This document shows, one piece after another, positions 56,801 to 64,000 of a DNA stretch of 64,000 nt. Both the position numbers and the translations under genes were made by a program. The notes under the pieces were generated by a model, which saw only the letters and a list, made by a program, of their open reading frames with translations, was not told the origin of the DNA and did no database searches. Within the stretch, counting starts at the first letter, position 1. Every line of letters begins with the position of its first letter. Source of the stretch: a virus. The DNA is taken from positions 1 to 64,000 of IMG/VR virus record IMGVR_UViG_3300030090_006322, one strand, 5' to 3'.

Positions 56801-59800
56801 TTTTCTACCTCTGCGCTTGTTGCCCCAGCTTTGTAAGCTTGAGTTACAAGGTCTCCTAAACCCTGTGCTTGTGCTTTGTCTTTCGTGCCTTGGAAACCTC
56901 TATCTAAAAGCCTTTGTCTAGCTCGCTCACCTAAATTTTCAGATGTTTCTAAAAACGCCTCTCTTTCTTTTCTCCCCCCTAAATCTAATTCTTCAAATTC
57001 CCTTGTAGCATTTTTAGTAGCTTCAGCTAATCTTTCTTCGTTTTTTCTTAAATTGTCTGTGGTTCCATTAAGTTTATTAAACAATGAATTGATTGCTAAT
57101 CCAGCAGTTGCCGCTAGACCTACTGGCCCAGCGAAACGAAGCAACGCTCCACCAGCTACTTTTAATCCACCCATTAAAGCGCTAGGTGCAGCCCTAGCTG
57201 CTAAACCTGCTCCTCCCATAATTCCTCTTCTGCTAGTAGCCTTACCCACACCCGCAAGCATCGAGAACCCTCTACTACCTCTTCCTGCGCTCATCATAGC
57301 AGCACCCCTAGCCGCAACCCCTCCTCTTCCAATTGCAAATCTCCCTATATTTCCAAGTCCTCCAAAAGCTTGAGCTGCCAATGCTGCACTAACTGCTAGA
57401 TTTAATGCTGTTAAACTGCCAGATACAAGTTTGTTCTTTTCAGTTACTTCTCCTAATACTCCGCTTAAAGCAGAAAATCCAATTTGAACAGCTAGTAACT
57501 TACCGACCATACCTCCAAAAGCATCGTTCGCGTCAGATGTAGTCGATTTTTTTCTGAAGTTAGGTATAGCCCCTGTAGGCTCATCTCTTGTGTTTGTAAC
57601 AGCAAGACCCATTGGGTTGGCGCTATTTCTCAATGAGGCATCTTGGTTTATCCTTACCTGATTAATTGGTAAACCTGCGGCTGTTTCTCTTGCTATAGCT
57701 TCTTGCAGGGGACCAGCAAAATTAGGAATGTAACCAGATGCTCCTCTACTCCCGAAATTCATACCGACTCTGCTCCGCACAGCATCCATGCCAGTTAATT
57801 GTTTGGTCATCCCCATAGAGCCAACCGTTAAATTTTTGCCTCCTCCAGCGCCGAGCAATTCAGTCCTGCCTCTTGCTGTTAGAGTTTTGCCGCTAGCAGT
57901 GGCTCCAAAATACCTTTGTATTTTTTTAGCCATACTAAGATTTGTTTTGCTATTAGATCCAATTTTAGCCTCTAAAAATCTTACGGGACTGCTTCTTAAC
58001 GACGGAGATATATCTCCAATTTCTCTAATTGCGTTCTGTCCAACAAAATCAAAAGTTGCAGTTTCTCCAAAATCAAAATCTTTACTTTTTAATAAAGCAC
58101 TTAATGCTGTTTCAAAAATCGTCCCAGCTAAACTACCTACTGCTCCTTGGTTTCCTAGTTTTGATATCTTACCTGCTGTGGGTCTACCACCAGTCATTGT
58201 TTTAGCCTCTCTTGTGGCTAAACCTATAGCGAATCTTTTTACAGACTCTTTAATATCTTTTTCTTCTCTTACTTTTTCTCCTGCGGCATTTATACCAAAC
58301 ACAGGGAATTTATAAGTATTAGTACCAATTGTTGCTTGAGCGAAGCTTTTACCTATTCCTTTTTGCGGGACTATCATCCCAGCGAAATCAACATTTCTTA
58401 CTGTCTGTTTAGCAAAGTTAGGAATAAAGCCTCCAGCCGCGCCGATCTTTTTTGCTCCAGATGGAAGACCCATAGAAGCAACCATGTCTTGATTAAATAT
58501 AGCAGAACCTCCAGTGCCAGCGAAATTAGGAACCATGAACTCGCTAGTGTTCGCCACCATTGTTCCTTTTTGTCCAGCACCAAAATTAAAGTTTGGTATT
58601 GCTACTGGTCTTGCCGATTTAGGCGCTCCTCCAACTCCACGATTGATATCTGCTTGTTCAGAACCGTAACCAAGAACAGCGTTGTAATTTGGTATAAAGC
58701 CTCCAGCAGCCCTACCTCCACGCCTAGCCCCTCTTGTGCCAGCAAAAACCCCAGGAGCTATACTAGCTGATATAGCTTGCATTCTAGTCATAACCGCTAA
58801 CTGTTCATTTAAAGCGGTTGTGAAGAATTTTGTTTGAGCTGCTTTTTTTTGCTCTGTTGACAGTTGTGAATTTTCTATAGCTAAAATCTGCTTTTGGATA
58901 GTTGAATTACCAAGAAGAGTAGAAGCTATTTGTCCTTGTAAAGTGGCTTGTTCTTTAGCTGCTCTATTTAAACCAAAAAATGTTTTTAAAGATCCAGTTC
59001 CAAATTTAACTAAGTCAATAGTAAGTTTCGCGATTATAGCGCCAAAGATGGCTAACCCAGGACCAGAAATAACATTACCTATACCTTTTACTATACCTCT
59101 AGCGAAATCCCCACCTATACCTTCGCCTTCTAGGACTTTTTGTATATTAGTTACTAATCCACTAAAAAAGTTTAAAATATTTTTTAGACTATCGGTGACT
59201 CCGATTTTACCTAACTCGTTAGCTAACTCTTGCACACTTACAACTGTTGCATTTATAGCAGCAGATAGTGTTTGATTAAGAGCTTTATTACGTTCATAAG
59301 CTTCTGTTGTAGCTTTTTGGGAAATTGCAGTGACCTCGATAGCTTTAGAGGTTTTAGAGTTATAATCATCTAGGATAGCTAAGAATGGTGCAACTTGGAA
59401 TTTGCCTACTAGATTTTCTGCTATCTGCAATCGTCTTGCATCAGGCACATCTGAAAGAGCCTTGGCCAGATTTTCAATCAGTTTAGTTCCACTTAAAACA
59501 TTTCCTGAAAGATCTGTAATTTCCACGCCAAGATTTTGCATGGTCTGAAGTTTGTCGATGCTCTGAATACGAGTAAAAATTGTTTTAAAAGAGTTACCTA
59601 TAACAGCACCCCCTCGGGCAGTCTTTGTTTGCACCGCTGTGATAACACCGACTAATTCATCAAACGAAACACCAGCTTGAATAGCAACAGAACCAGAACG
59701 CTTAATACCTTCGATAAGATCTCTTTCTGAAACCGCAGCAGAAACCGCAGCGGCAGACAATTTGTTAAGCACCTCCGCACTAGTGATACCAGTAGAATTG

Positions 59801-60342
59801 AAAGAGTTTATCGCAGCAGTTAAACCAGCAACAGCTTCAGCAGCCCCCAATCCAGATAGACGGGCTAAAGTTAAAGAGTCCCCCAATCTTTTTGTGACTT
59901 CTTCAGCCTTAAGACCTTGACGACTTAATTCTAATGCTGCCTCTGCTACAGTTGAAAAACCTTGTTCTGTATCTCTAGCGACATTGAAAATTGTTTGCTT
60001 AAATGAATCTAATTGTTTAGCGGAGGTATTTAATATAGAGTTTATGCTGGCGAGTTGTTTCTCTACTTCTATAGTAGTTCTTACTAAATCTTGAAATCCC
60101 CTCGTCACCGCTGACAAGACACCCACCGAAGCTCCGAACGCTAACACACGGGCATTAGCGGCTTCCATAGACTTTGTGAACTGGTCTGCCTTTCCAGTGA
60201 TACGCCCCAAGGGTTGAGACAAGCCTTCGATACTTTTGGCGCTAGTACCCAAATTTATCTTGAGACTTTTACCTGCGCGTTTGGCAGCAGCCTCAATGCT
60301 TGCTTCTAATCCTGTTTGTGTGACTGGTACTTGAATTGGCAT
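53869..60342 (-). CDS. Tape measure protein (2157 aa)
   Basis: TP901-like N-terminal core, long Ala/Gly helical and coiled-coil regions, two C-terminal D.VP..L.GGEF motifs, and a terminal R.GG.L. Confidence 0.9.
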   Translation of the reverse strand: MPIQVPVTQTGLEASIEAAAKRAGKSLKINLGTSAKSIEGLSQPLGRITGKADQFTKSMEAANARVLAFGASVGVLSAVTRGFQDLVRTTIEVEKQLASINSILNTSAKQLDSFKQTIFNVARDTEQGFSTVAEAALELSRQGLKAEEVTKRLGDSLTLARLSGLGAAEAVAGLTAAINSFNSTGITSAEVLNKLSAAAVSAAVSERDLIEGIKRSGSVAIQAGVSFDELVGVITAVQTKTARGGAVIGNSFKTIFTRIQSIDKLQTMQNLGVEITDLSGNVLSGTKLIENLAKALSDVPDARRLQIAENLVGKFQVAPFLAILDDYNSKTSKAIEVTAISQKATTEAYERNKALNQTLSAAINATVVSVQELANELGKIGVTDSLKNILNFFSGLVTNIQKVLEGEGIGGDFARGIVKGIGNVISGPGLAIFGAIIAKLTIDLVKFGTGSLKTFFGLNRAAKEQATLQGQIASTLLGNSTIQKQILAIENSQLSTEQKKAAQTKFFTTALNEQLAVMTRMQAISASIAPGVFAGTRGARRGGRAAGGFIPNYNAVLGYGSEQADINRGVGGAPKSARPVAIPNFNFGAGQKGTMVANTSEFMVPNFAGTGGSAIFNQDMVASMGLPSGAKKIGAAGGFIPNFAKQTVRNVDFAGMIVPQKGIGKSFAQATIGTNTYKFPVFGINAAGEKVREEKDIKESVKRFAIGLATREAKTMTGGRPTAGKISKLGNQGAVGSLAGTIFETALSALLKSKDFDFGETATFDFVGQNAIREIGDISPSLRSSPVRFLEAKIGSNSKTNLSMAKKIQRYFGATASGKTLTARGRTELLGAGGGKNLTVGSMGMTKQLTGMDAVRSRVGMNFGSRGASGYIPNFAGPLQEAIARETAAGLPINQVRINQDASLRNSANPMGLAVTNTRDEPTGAIPNFRKKSTTSDANDAFGGMVGKLLAVQIGFSALSGVLGEVTEKNKLVSGSLTALNLAVSAALAAQAFGGLGNIGRFAIGRGGVAARGAAMMSAGRGSRGFSMLAGVGKATSRRGIMGGAGLAARAAPSALMGGLKVAGGALLRFAGPVGLAATAGLAINSLFNKLNGTTDNLRKNEERLAEATKNATREFEELDLGGRKEREAFLETSENLGERARQRLLDRGFQGTKDKAQAQGLGDLVTQAYKAGATSAEVEKIIGTGEAQAGSFTRQTRMGQRTFDRVFSNEIADAMSQSLKNLANLDFSARQDQLQDFVKNTPGLRERLGSDDAAVRSEAEKQFTAEGKRLKVTTEGRAGTLQTIRKEIGAEQEEETKRINLINANIAKDALKSEIEIAKIKASALTTDQQKLKLAQSNKNLTGEQIAQLEGQIARSNNIKQGNIEVADVLVKQIDAVERLALNDDQRLELQDKIREAGVEGLSEQGKFFEILDGILSLEQKSVLETEAISKNVEGTVSNIKKEVAARNLVLGITTKIATEQARIAELVRNSQSDLGIDIRRSSFDASTQSRRDRNDLDLRRGLVSANARLTDRQKANREVGFIEEENILDIRDAEAEAVKSTSQEISNLVTVMPEFEGGIKAIVDLIQTGGFASLAGLDTVFFNELRAQGVKPTPEQADAIRSALQTRDEGQEGVKLAREEGETRVKLAKATRDNIDLFQTYSQLLAEFTLSLRQQAEQLKVDLVTARDGSSILSNINEQLFTAQARGGGAGGIAQASTAFAITGLQDQARLAGSSREARGFTRQIDIVREQLDLKRQFVELQKDEVVDVTRLQSLKERILELEKQRLQVNDSLRAKFEDEFIFSEKEIQDKLNDSLVQGARQFVDTLSDGLADAIAKGENLGDILKQAAADFFLDQAKSNFRAGFDNLFNIFKANTGGKVTGGSGVRDDVPALLTGGEFVMRRGAVDKYGAGFMSALNQGSVPTMNRGGLFTPGTFGQGAMRGKRSLLDFATQSFTTGAFDKFGSGAGFASIALEPQSAALTMFGRRNSPQYQREQESKRKAFNLYTRQVQKEQEARERSGGLTSLLTGSILAGIAGFGFKELTDVFSKKSATGGSIPYAAGVDTVPTMLSGGEFIMNAAATQRIGRGTLSSINSGGGGGNGSGAIIGKLDELISVSDNEGETVINITVNSDGTSNESGNGNEEEVNLATRIRDVVKQVIDDEKRLGGSLRQARA

Positions 60343-60363
60343 AACCGTAAACCTTTAATGTAA

Positions 60364-60382
60364 TTACACAAAGATTTACACA
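60364..60382 (-). promoter_or_regulatory. Tandem TGTGTAA motifs upstream of the TMP
   Basis: Copies at 60364-70 and 60376-82; the nearer one is 21 nt before ATG 60342. Confidence 0.5.
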
Positions 60383-61359
60383 TCATGCCCAGCTAATCGC
60401 ATCATTTGTTCCATGTTTAGCTGACCTCCATGTTTTTTAGCCTCCTCTGATAAAGAAACTCCCCCCGCAGTTCCACCTAAATCTTCAACATCTTCATTAG
60501 TGGCACCAAAGACTGCTGAACCAGCAGCATCATCCCTTATTTGTGACTTGCTAGAATCTTTATTTCTCTGCGCTTCAGAAAAAGATAACAACTTTTCAGG
60601 ATCTTGCTTTATGTCCTCTGGTATATCCTCTGTAAATTGGAAAATGTTAAAAAACATTCTACCGAATAAAGCGACTCTTAATTGAAATATAGATAACTCT
60701 GGTATCGGTTTGTCGTAAAATCCTGATACATCTTCACAAAGAGATAAATACATGCTAAAAAAAGGTCTCAATACAGCTTTTTGTATATTAGAATCTGATA
60801 ATTTATCTTGAATATCTTTTTGAATCTTTCCCAAAGCTATGACTTGCCACGCTTCTAATTCTCCGAACTCCTCTTCAGAATACAAATGCTCTGTTAGATC
60901 TTTATTTTTAAACAATAAAAATCTTAATATTTCATCTCCACTTCTAGTTTCCGCATAATCGTCTGCGGTTTGTCCTATAACTTCTTTTCTTTTTTGTTGT
61001 AAAGAAAATAATTTTTCTCTACTCTCTTGTATTTGTTTGTCGATATCGTCTTTTTGGGATTTTAAAAATAAAGCCCTACGAGTTCTTTTAAGATTTTCTA
61101 TCTCTGAAGTTAAAGAGCTTATTTCTAAATCGTCTTTTGATTCCCAAATACCTTCTTCTATCACATATTTTAGTTTTTCCTCTTCAGATTGGAGACCTTT
61201 AGATAGTGCTATGTTTTTGTATTTTTCATGGTATTTATGTAAATACCTTTGATCTTTTATATTTATGTGTTTGATGTATACAGTACGATCTTCGAAAATG
61301 GCTTCTGTATAACCATCGAAAGCTTCGCCTATTAAAGAGATGTAAAACTGCTCATTCAA
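60376..61359 (-). CDS. Putative tail assembly chaperone 2
   Basis: Immediately upstream of the TMP; helical/coiled-coil; TTG start overlapping the upstream stop. Confidence 0.55.
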   Translation of the reverse strand: MNEQFYISLIGEAFDGYTEAIFEDRTVYIKHINIKDQRYLHKYHEKYKNIALSKGLQSEEEKLKYVIEEGIWESKDDLEISSLTSEIENLKRTRRALFLKSQKDDIDKQIQESREKLFSLQQKRKEVIGQTADDYAETRSGDEILRFLLFKNKDLTEHLYSEEEFGELEAWQVIALGKIQKDIQDKLSDSNIQKAVLRPFFSMYLSLCEDVSGFYDKPIPELSIFQLRVALFGRMFFNIFQFTEDIPEDIKQDPEKLLSFSEAQRNKDSSKSQIRDDAAGSAVFGATNEDVEDLGGTAGGVSLSEEAKKHGGQLNMEQMMRLAGHDV

Positions 61360-62111
61360 ACCTCACCTTTTTCGACATCCTCAATAAGTTTATTGAATTC
61401 ATCTGGGGAAGAGGCTTGGTTAAAGAACCAAAAAGCTAAAATTGTAGTTACTTTTTTAACTATCGCTTCATAAAGATCAGTAGTGTTATCCTCTTTATTG
61501 TAGTAATCTTCAATTTTTTCATCAAAATCATTTCCAATAAAGTAAGGAATTGGCTCTTCATCCTCCTCCCTTTGAATATGAGTCAGCATCAAAGTATACC
61601 AAAGAAGAAGTCTATTTTGAGCCTTTGTATCAGCAGTATGATCGAATAAAGACTGCATTGCCGATTCAGCATCTACAATTTGCCTTTTGGTAGAAGCCAG
61701 CTTTTCCTTAATAGACTCAAGTTTTTCTTTTTGTTTTTCAGTTTTTTTATCAACACTTTCTAGGCGAACATACTCATTCTGAATATCAAAAATTTCTTTA
61801 TAAAGCTTACCATAATCTTTTGCATCATTTTCGGTCCAAACTCCACCAGTATCGCTATATTTTTTGTATAACATGGCTTTGGTTAAGATACCCTTTTTAA
61901 CACACCTGCTCATTTCGACAGAATATTCTAACTCCGCATCTTCAAGATCTCGCCGCGAAGGTCTTTTTAGCTTAATCTGCACAGGTGATTTTTCTTTTAC
62001 TTTTTTAGTAACAGTAGTCTCTTCTCCTGTTTTTTTGTTTTTGCGAGTTGTTTTCTTTTCCACCTCTCTCTCTTCATCAAGGGTGAATGAATATAATTCT
62101 TTAAATGACAT
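61356..62111 (-). CDS. Putative tail assembly chaperone 1
   Basis: Position two genes upstream of the TMP; LKRPSRRD...Y...KKGIL and a coiled coil similar to the neighbouring ORF. Confidence 0.55.
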   Translation of the reverse strand: MSFKELYSFTLDEEREVEKKTTRKNKKTGEETTVTKKVKEKSPVQIKLKRPSRRDLEDAELEYSVEMSRCVKKGILTKAMLYKKYSDTGGVWTENDAKDYGKLYKEIFDIQNEYVRLESVDKKTEKQKEKLESIKEKLASTKRQIVDAESAMQSLFDHTADTKAQNRLLLWYTLMLTHIQREEDEEPIPYFIGNDFDEKIEDYYNKEDNTTDLYEAIVKKVTTILAFWFFNQASSPDEFNKLIEDVEKGEV

Positions 62112-62122
62112 AACCTTTTTCC

Positions 62123-62410
62123 TTATTTAAATACAAAACTTACTGTATAATTATCTACTTCTTCGCATAAATTTCTAATAGATTCATTACCAGCGTCTAA
62201 AATTCTTTTTCTTATCCAATTAACTTTATCAGGAGTGAAGTGATCAGCGGTGTCGATAATAGCATGATAATCCTCTGGGATGTTTTTATAAAGCTTTTGA
62301 TAATGAAAATCATGGTCCATTTTCATATCCTCTAGCATTTTAAGCATTGCTTTAAAAAGTCTAGACACCTCTTTTTCAGAGCGACTATTTAAATATTTTT
62401 TCGCGTCCAT
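62123..62410 (-). CDS. Hypothetical protein
   Basis: Clean ORF with TTGATT-N16-TATAAT upstream on the minus strand. Confidence 0.7.
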   Translation of the reverse strand: MDAKKYLNSRSEKEVSRLFKAMLKMLEDMKMDHDFHYQKLYKNIPEDYHAIIDTADHFTPDKVNWIRKRILDAGNESIRNLCEEVDNYTVSFVFK

Positions 62411-62440
62411 GCCTTAATCCTATCTTATTATATAAATAAA

Positions 62441-62447
62441 AGTGTAA
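62441..62447 (+). promoter_or_regulatory. AGTGTAA motif upstream of the neck genes
   Basis: 8 nt before ATG 62456, in a 45-bp divergent spacer. Confidence 0.55.
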
Positions 62448-62455
62448 AAATCAAC

Positions 62456-62923
62456 ATGGCAGGATTTTTATCACAAGACCAAATAACAAAAATTAGGAAT
62501 TTAGCTGGGACTCTACATAATACTTTTGCTAGAACTATTACTGTATACAAAAACTCAAAGAAAACACTAATAGCTTCTAATAATACTTGGAACTCTCTTT
62601 ATAGAAAAACCAATACTGGTTCTAATAGCTCTGTTGAATACACTACAGAATCTCAAACATTTAGCGCTAGAATCTATTATGACAATATGGACACAGCCTA
62701 TTTAACAGATGATGGGCCAGCAGACCAAGCTGGCACTCAAAATAAAGTAGTTGTGGCAGATGGAACAGTTAGAATTGTAGTGGAGGAAGATGGCTACAAT
62801 TACATAAGCGAAGCTAGAAGAGTGGAATTTGATGGAACAAAATTTATTATTGAAAGTGATGGTCAACCTAGAGGCTTAACTTCTAATCAATTCTATACAT
62901 TTGTTCTTAGTCCCGTGGATTAA
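62456..62923 (+). CDS. Putative head-closure/head-tail joining protein
   Basis: Small beta-rich protein with RVEFDG..F.I near the C-terminus; structural gene context. Confidence 0.5.
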   Translation: MAGFLSQDQITKIRNLAGTLHNTFARTITVYKNSKKTLIASNNTWNSLYRKTNTGSNSSVEYTTESQTFSARIYYDNMDTAYLTDDGPADQAGTQNKVVVADGTVRIVVEEDGYNYISEARRVEFDGTKFIIESDGQPRGLTSNQFYTFVLSPVD

Positions 62924-62924
62924 T

Positions 62925-63509
62925 ATGCCCAAATTACCGCTAGATGTGCAACAAGCCTTGCAAAGACAAGCCCCAAAACAGCTTAGAAGGGGCTTCGAAA
63001 AAGATATTAAAAATAAATTTAAAAACATAAAAGATGAATTAATAAAAGAATTTTTATCTGATCCAGTAACTATAGAAATACTGCAAGGTCCAAGCGGCTC
63101 TAATATAAGCGGAACATTAGGGGGCGTAAGTAATCTTTTCGCATTTATAGGTTTTGATTCTGGAGATCAGCCCATATCTCCGATCTTGCAATCTCTAGAA
63201 AACATACAACTTACTTACAGTAAAGAGATTAGAAAACGAGGTATAGGTGTTGAATTTAATGTATCTATACCTACAGCTCAAGACATATTCGCGATTACGC
63301 CTTTGCCTTGGGCCACGGGAAGGAGCTGGGCAGAAGGAATTGAACGAGGATTGTCAGGATTAGGTTATTTATTGCGTAAAGATGGAGGAAGATCAGGCGC
63401 AGCAGTCCAAAGTCGTGTAAACAAAGTAAGAGGCGGCAGGTTTCAAAATAGACCTTATATTTCTGCTTTAATTAAAAAATACAGAAAAAGATTTGAAGAG
63501 TTAAAATGA
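62925..63509 (+). CDS. Putative neck/tail-completion protein (HK97 gp10-like)
   Basis: WAEGIERG...RPYI pattern; follows the head-closure-like gene. Confidence 0.5.
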   Translation: MPKLPLDVQQALQRQAPKQLRRGFEKDIKNKFKNIKDELIKEFLSDPVTIEILQGPSGSNISGTLGGVSNLFAFIGFDSGDQPISPILQSLENIQLTYSKEIRKRGIGVEFNVSIPTAQDIFAITPLPWATGRSWAEGIERGLSGLGYLLRKDGGRSGAAVQSRVNKVRGGRFQNRPYISALIKKYRKRFEELK

Positions 63510-64000
63510 TAGAACAATTCCAACACAAGTTAACCACATCTTTCTTTTTGTGGTTTGACAATTTCCTTTTAACCAAAGGACAAGCCTTTAGTAATAAAAC
63601 TGGACAGTTTTTTTATTATGAAGATCCAAGGCTAGACTCTAGGTATTTAGCTTATGGCAGTCCATATAAACAGTGGGTGACAGATTCGTCAATTGCTGGC
63701 GCGACAATACCCACAGGTGTTTCAGTTGTAGGAGCTGGGACTTCTGGAAGAGATGATGGAGTTGTTTTTGATTTTGATAATGGCAGAGCTTTATTCTCTG
63801 GAGACAACACTAACATGACTGTAACTGGTGAATTCGCAGTTAAAGACTTCAATGTATACTTAACAAACGATACAGAAGACGACCTAATAGTAGAAAACAA
63901 ATATGTTGTTAATTCAAGGTTGCCCTCTGGCCCTTTTACTTACATTCAACCTTATGACGATGTTGTTCCCGCCATATTTTTATCTGTTTCTCAAGCTGAA
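63506..64000 (+). CDS. Structural protein, possibly tail terminator (3'-truncated; absent from the ORF track)
   Basis: ATG at 63506 overlaps the upstream TGA. MIEQFQHKLTTSFFLWFDNFLL... stays open to the end of the window. Confidence 0.7.
   Translation, partial: MIEQFQHKLTTSFFLWFDNFLLTKGQAFSNKTGQFFYYEDPRLDSRYLAYGSPYKQWVTDSSIAGATIPTGVSVVGAGTSGRDDGVVFDFDNGRALFSGDNTNMTVTGEFAVKDFNVYLTNDTEDDLIVENKYVVNSRLPSGPFTYIQPYDDVVPAIFLSVSQAE

Noticed and set aside
53927-59275. Many plus-strand ORFs (up to 229 aa) antisense to the TMP, and similar short antisense ORFs elsewhere
   Set aside because: They are shadow frames of real genes with no recognisable motifs.
61345-61375. Programmed -1 frameshift between the two tail chaperones (lambda G/GT type)
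   Set aside because: The downstream ORF is in the -1 frame, but the junction GAG GTT TGA is not an X XXY YYZ heptamer and the -1 frame has a TGA just before it. A coupled TTG start is simpler.
1-64000. Stop-codon reassignment as in some large phages
   Set aside because: TAA, TAG and TGA all end genes at expected C-termini, and coding density is high under code 11.

Overview
A 64-kb, AT-rich, gene-dense segment of a large tailed dsDNA bacteriophage. It uses the standard genetic code and shows no rRNA, tRNA, CRISPR or integrase. Left to right: two giant GxVGIGT-repeat tail-fibre/spike proteins (2-11614), then an adjacent GT-A glycosyltransferase. A long minus-strand block follows, with a Rad52-like annealing protein, GT9/GT4 glycosyltransferases, a Whirly-like protein and a ClpC-type ATPase. 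It continues with a bacterial-type replisome in which Pol III alpha is split into three genes (PHP, DnaQ exonuclease, polymerase core), plus primase, DnaB and RecA. Next is a ~12-kb GDP-sugar and glycan cluster (Gmd, Fcl/ColC, ColD-like dehydratase, perosamine synthase, GT10/11/25/47/4-like enzymes, methyltransferases) and an RNR with class Id signatures. A divergent operon encodes sigma factor, SSB, GT4, Hsp20 and an FmdB-like protein. The window ends with a tail/neck module containing a 2157-aa tape measure protein. The most notable observations are (i) an apparently soluble phage pathway for GDP-colitose/fucose and GDP-perosamine with about 12 glycosyltransferases, best explained as virion glycosylation; (ii) a recurrent GTGTAA motif just upstream of eight mostly late genes, a candidate promoter for the phage sigma factor, alongside sigma70-type promoters that appear to give leaderless mRNAs; (iii) the tripartite DnaE; and (iv) repeated loss of metal ligands together with a probable Mn-dependent RNR. 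All assignments come from motif recognition by eye; no database searches were run.
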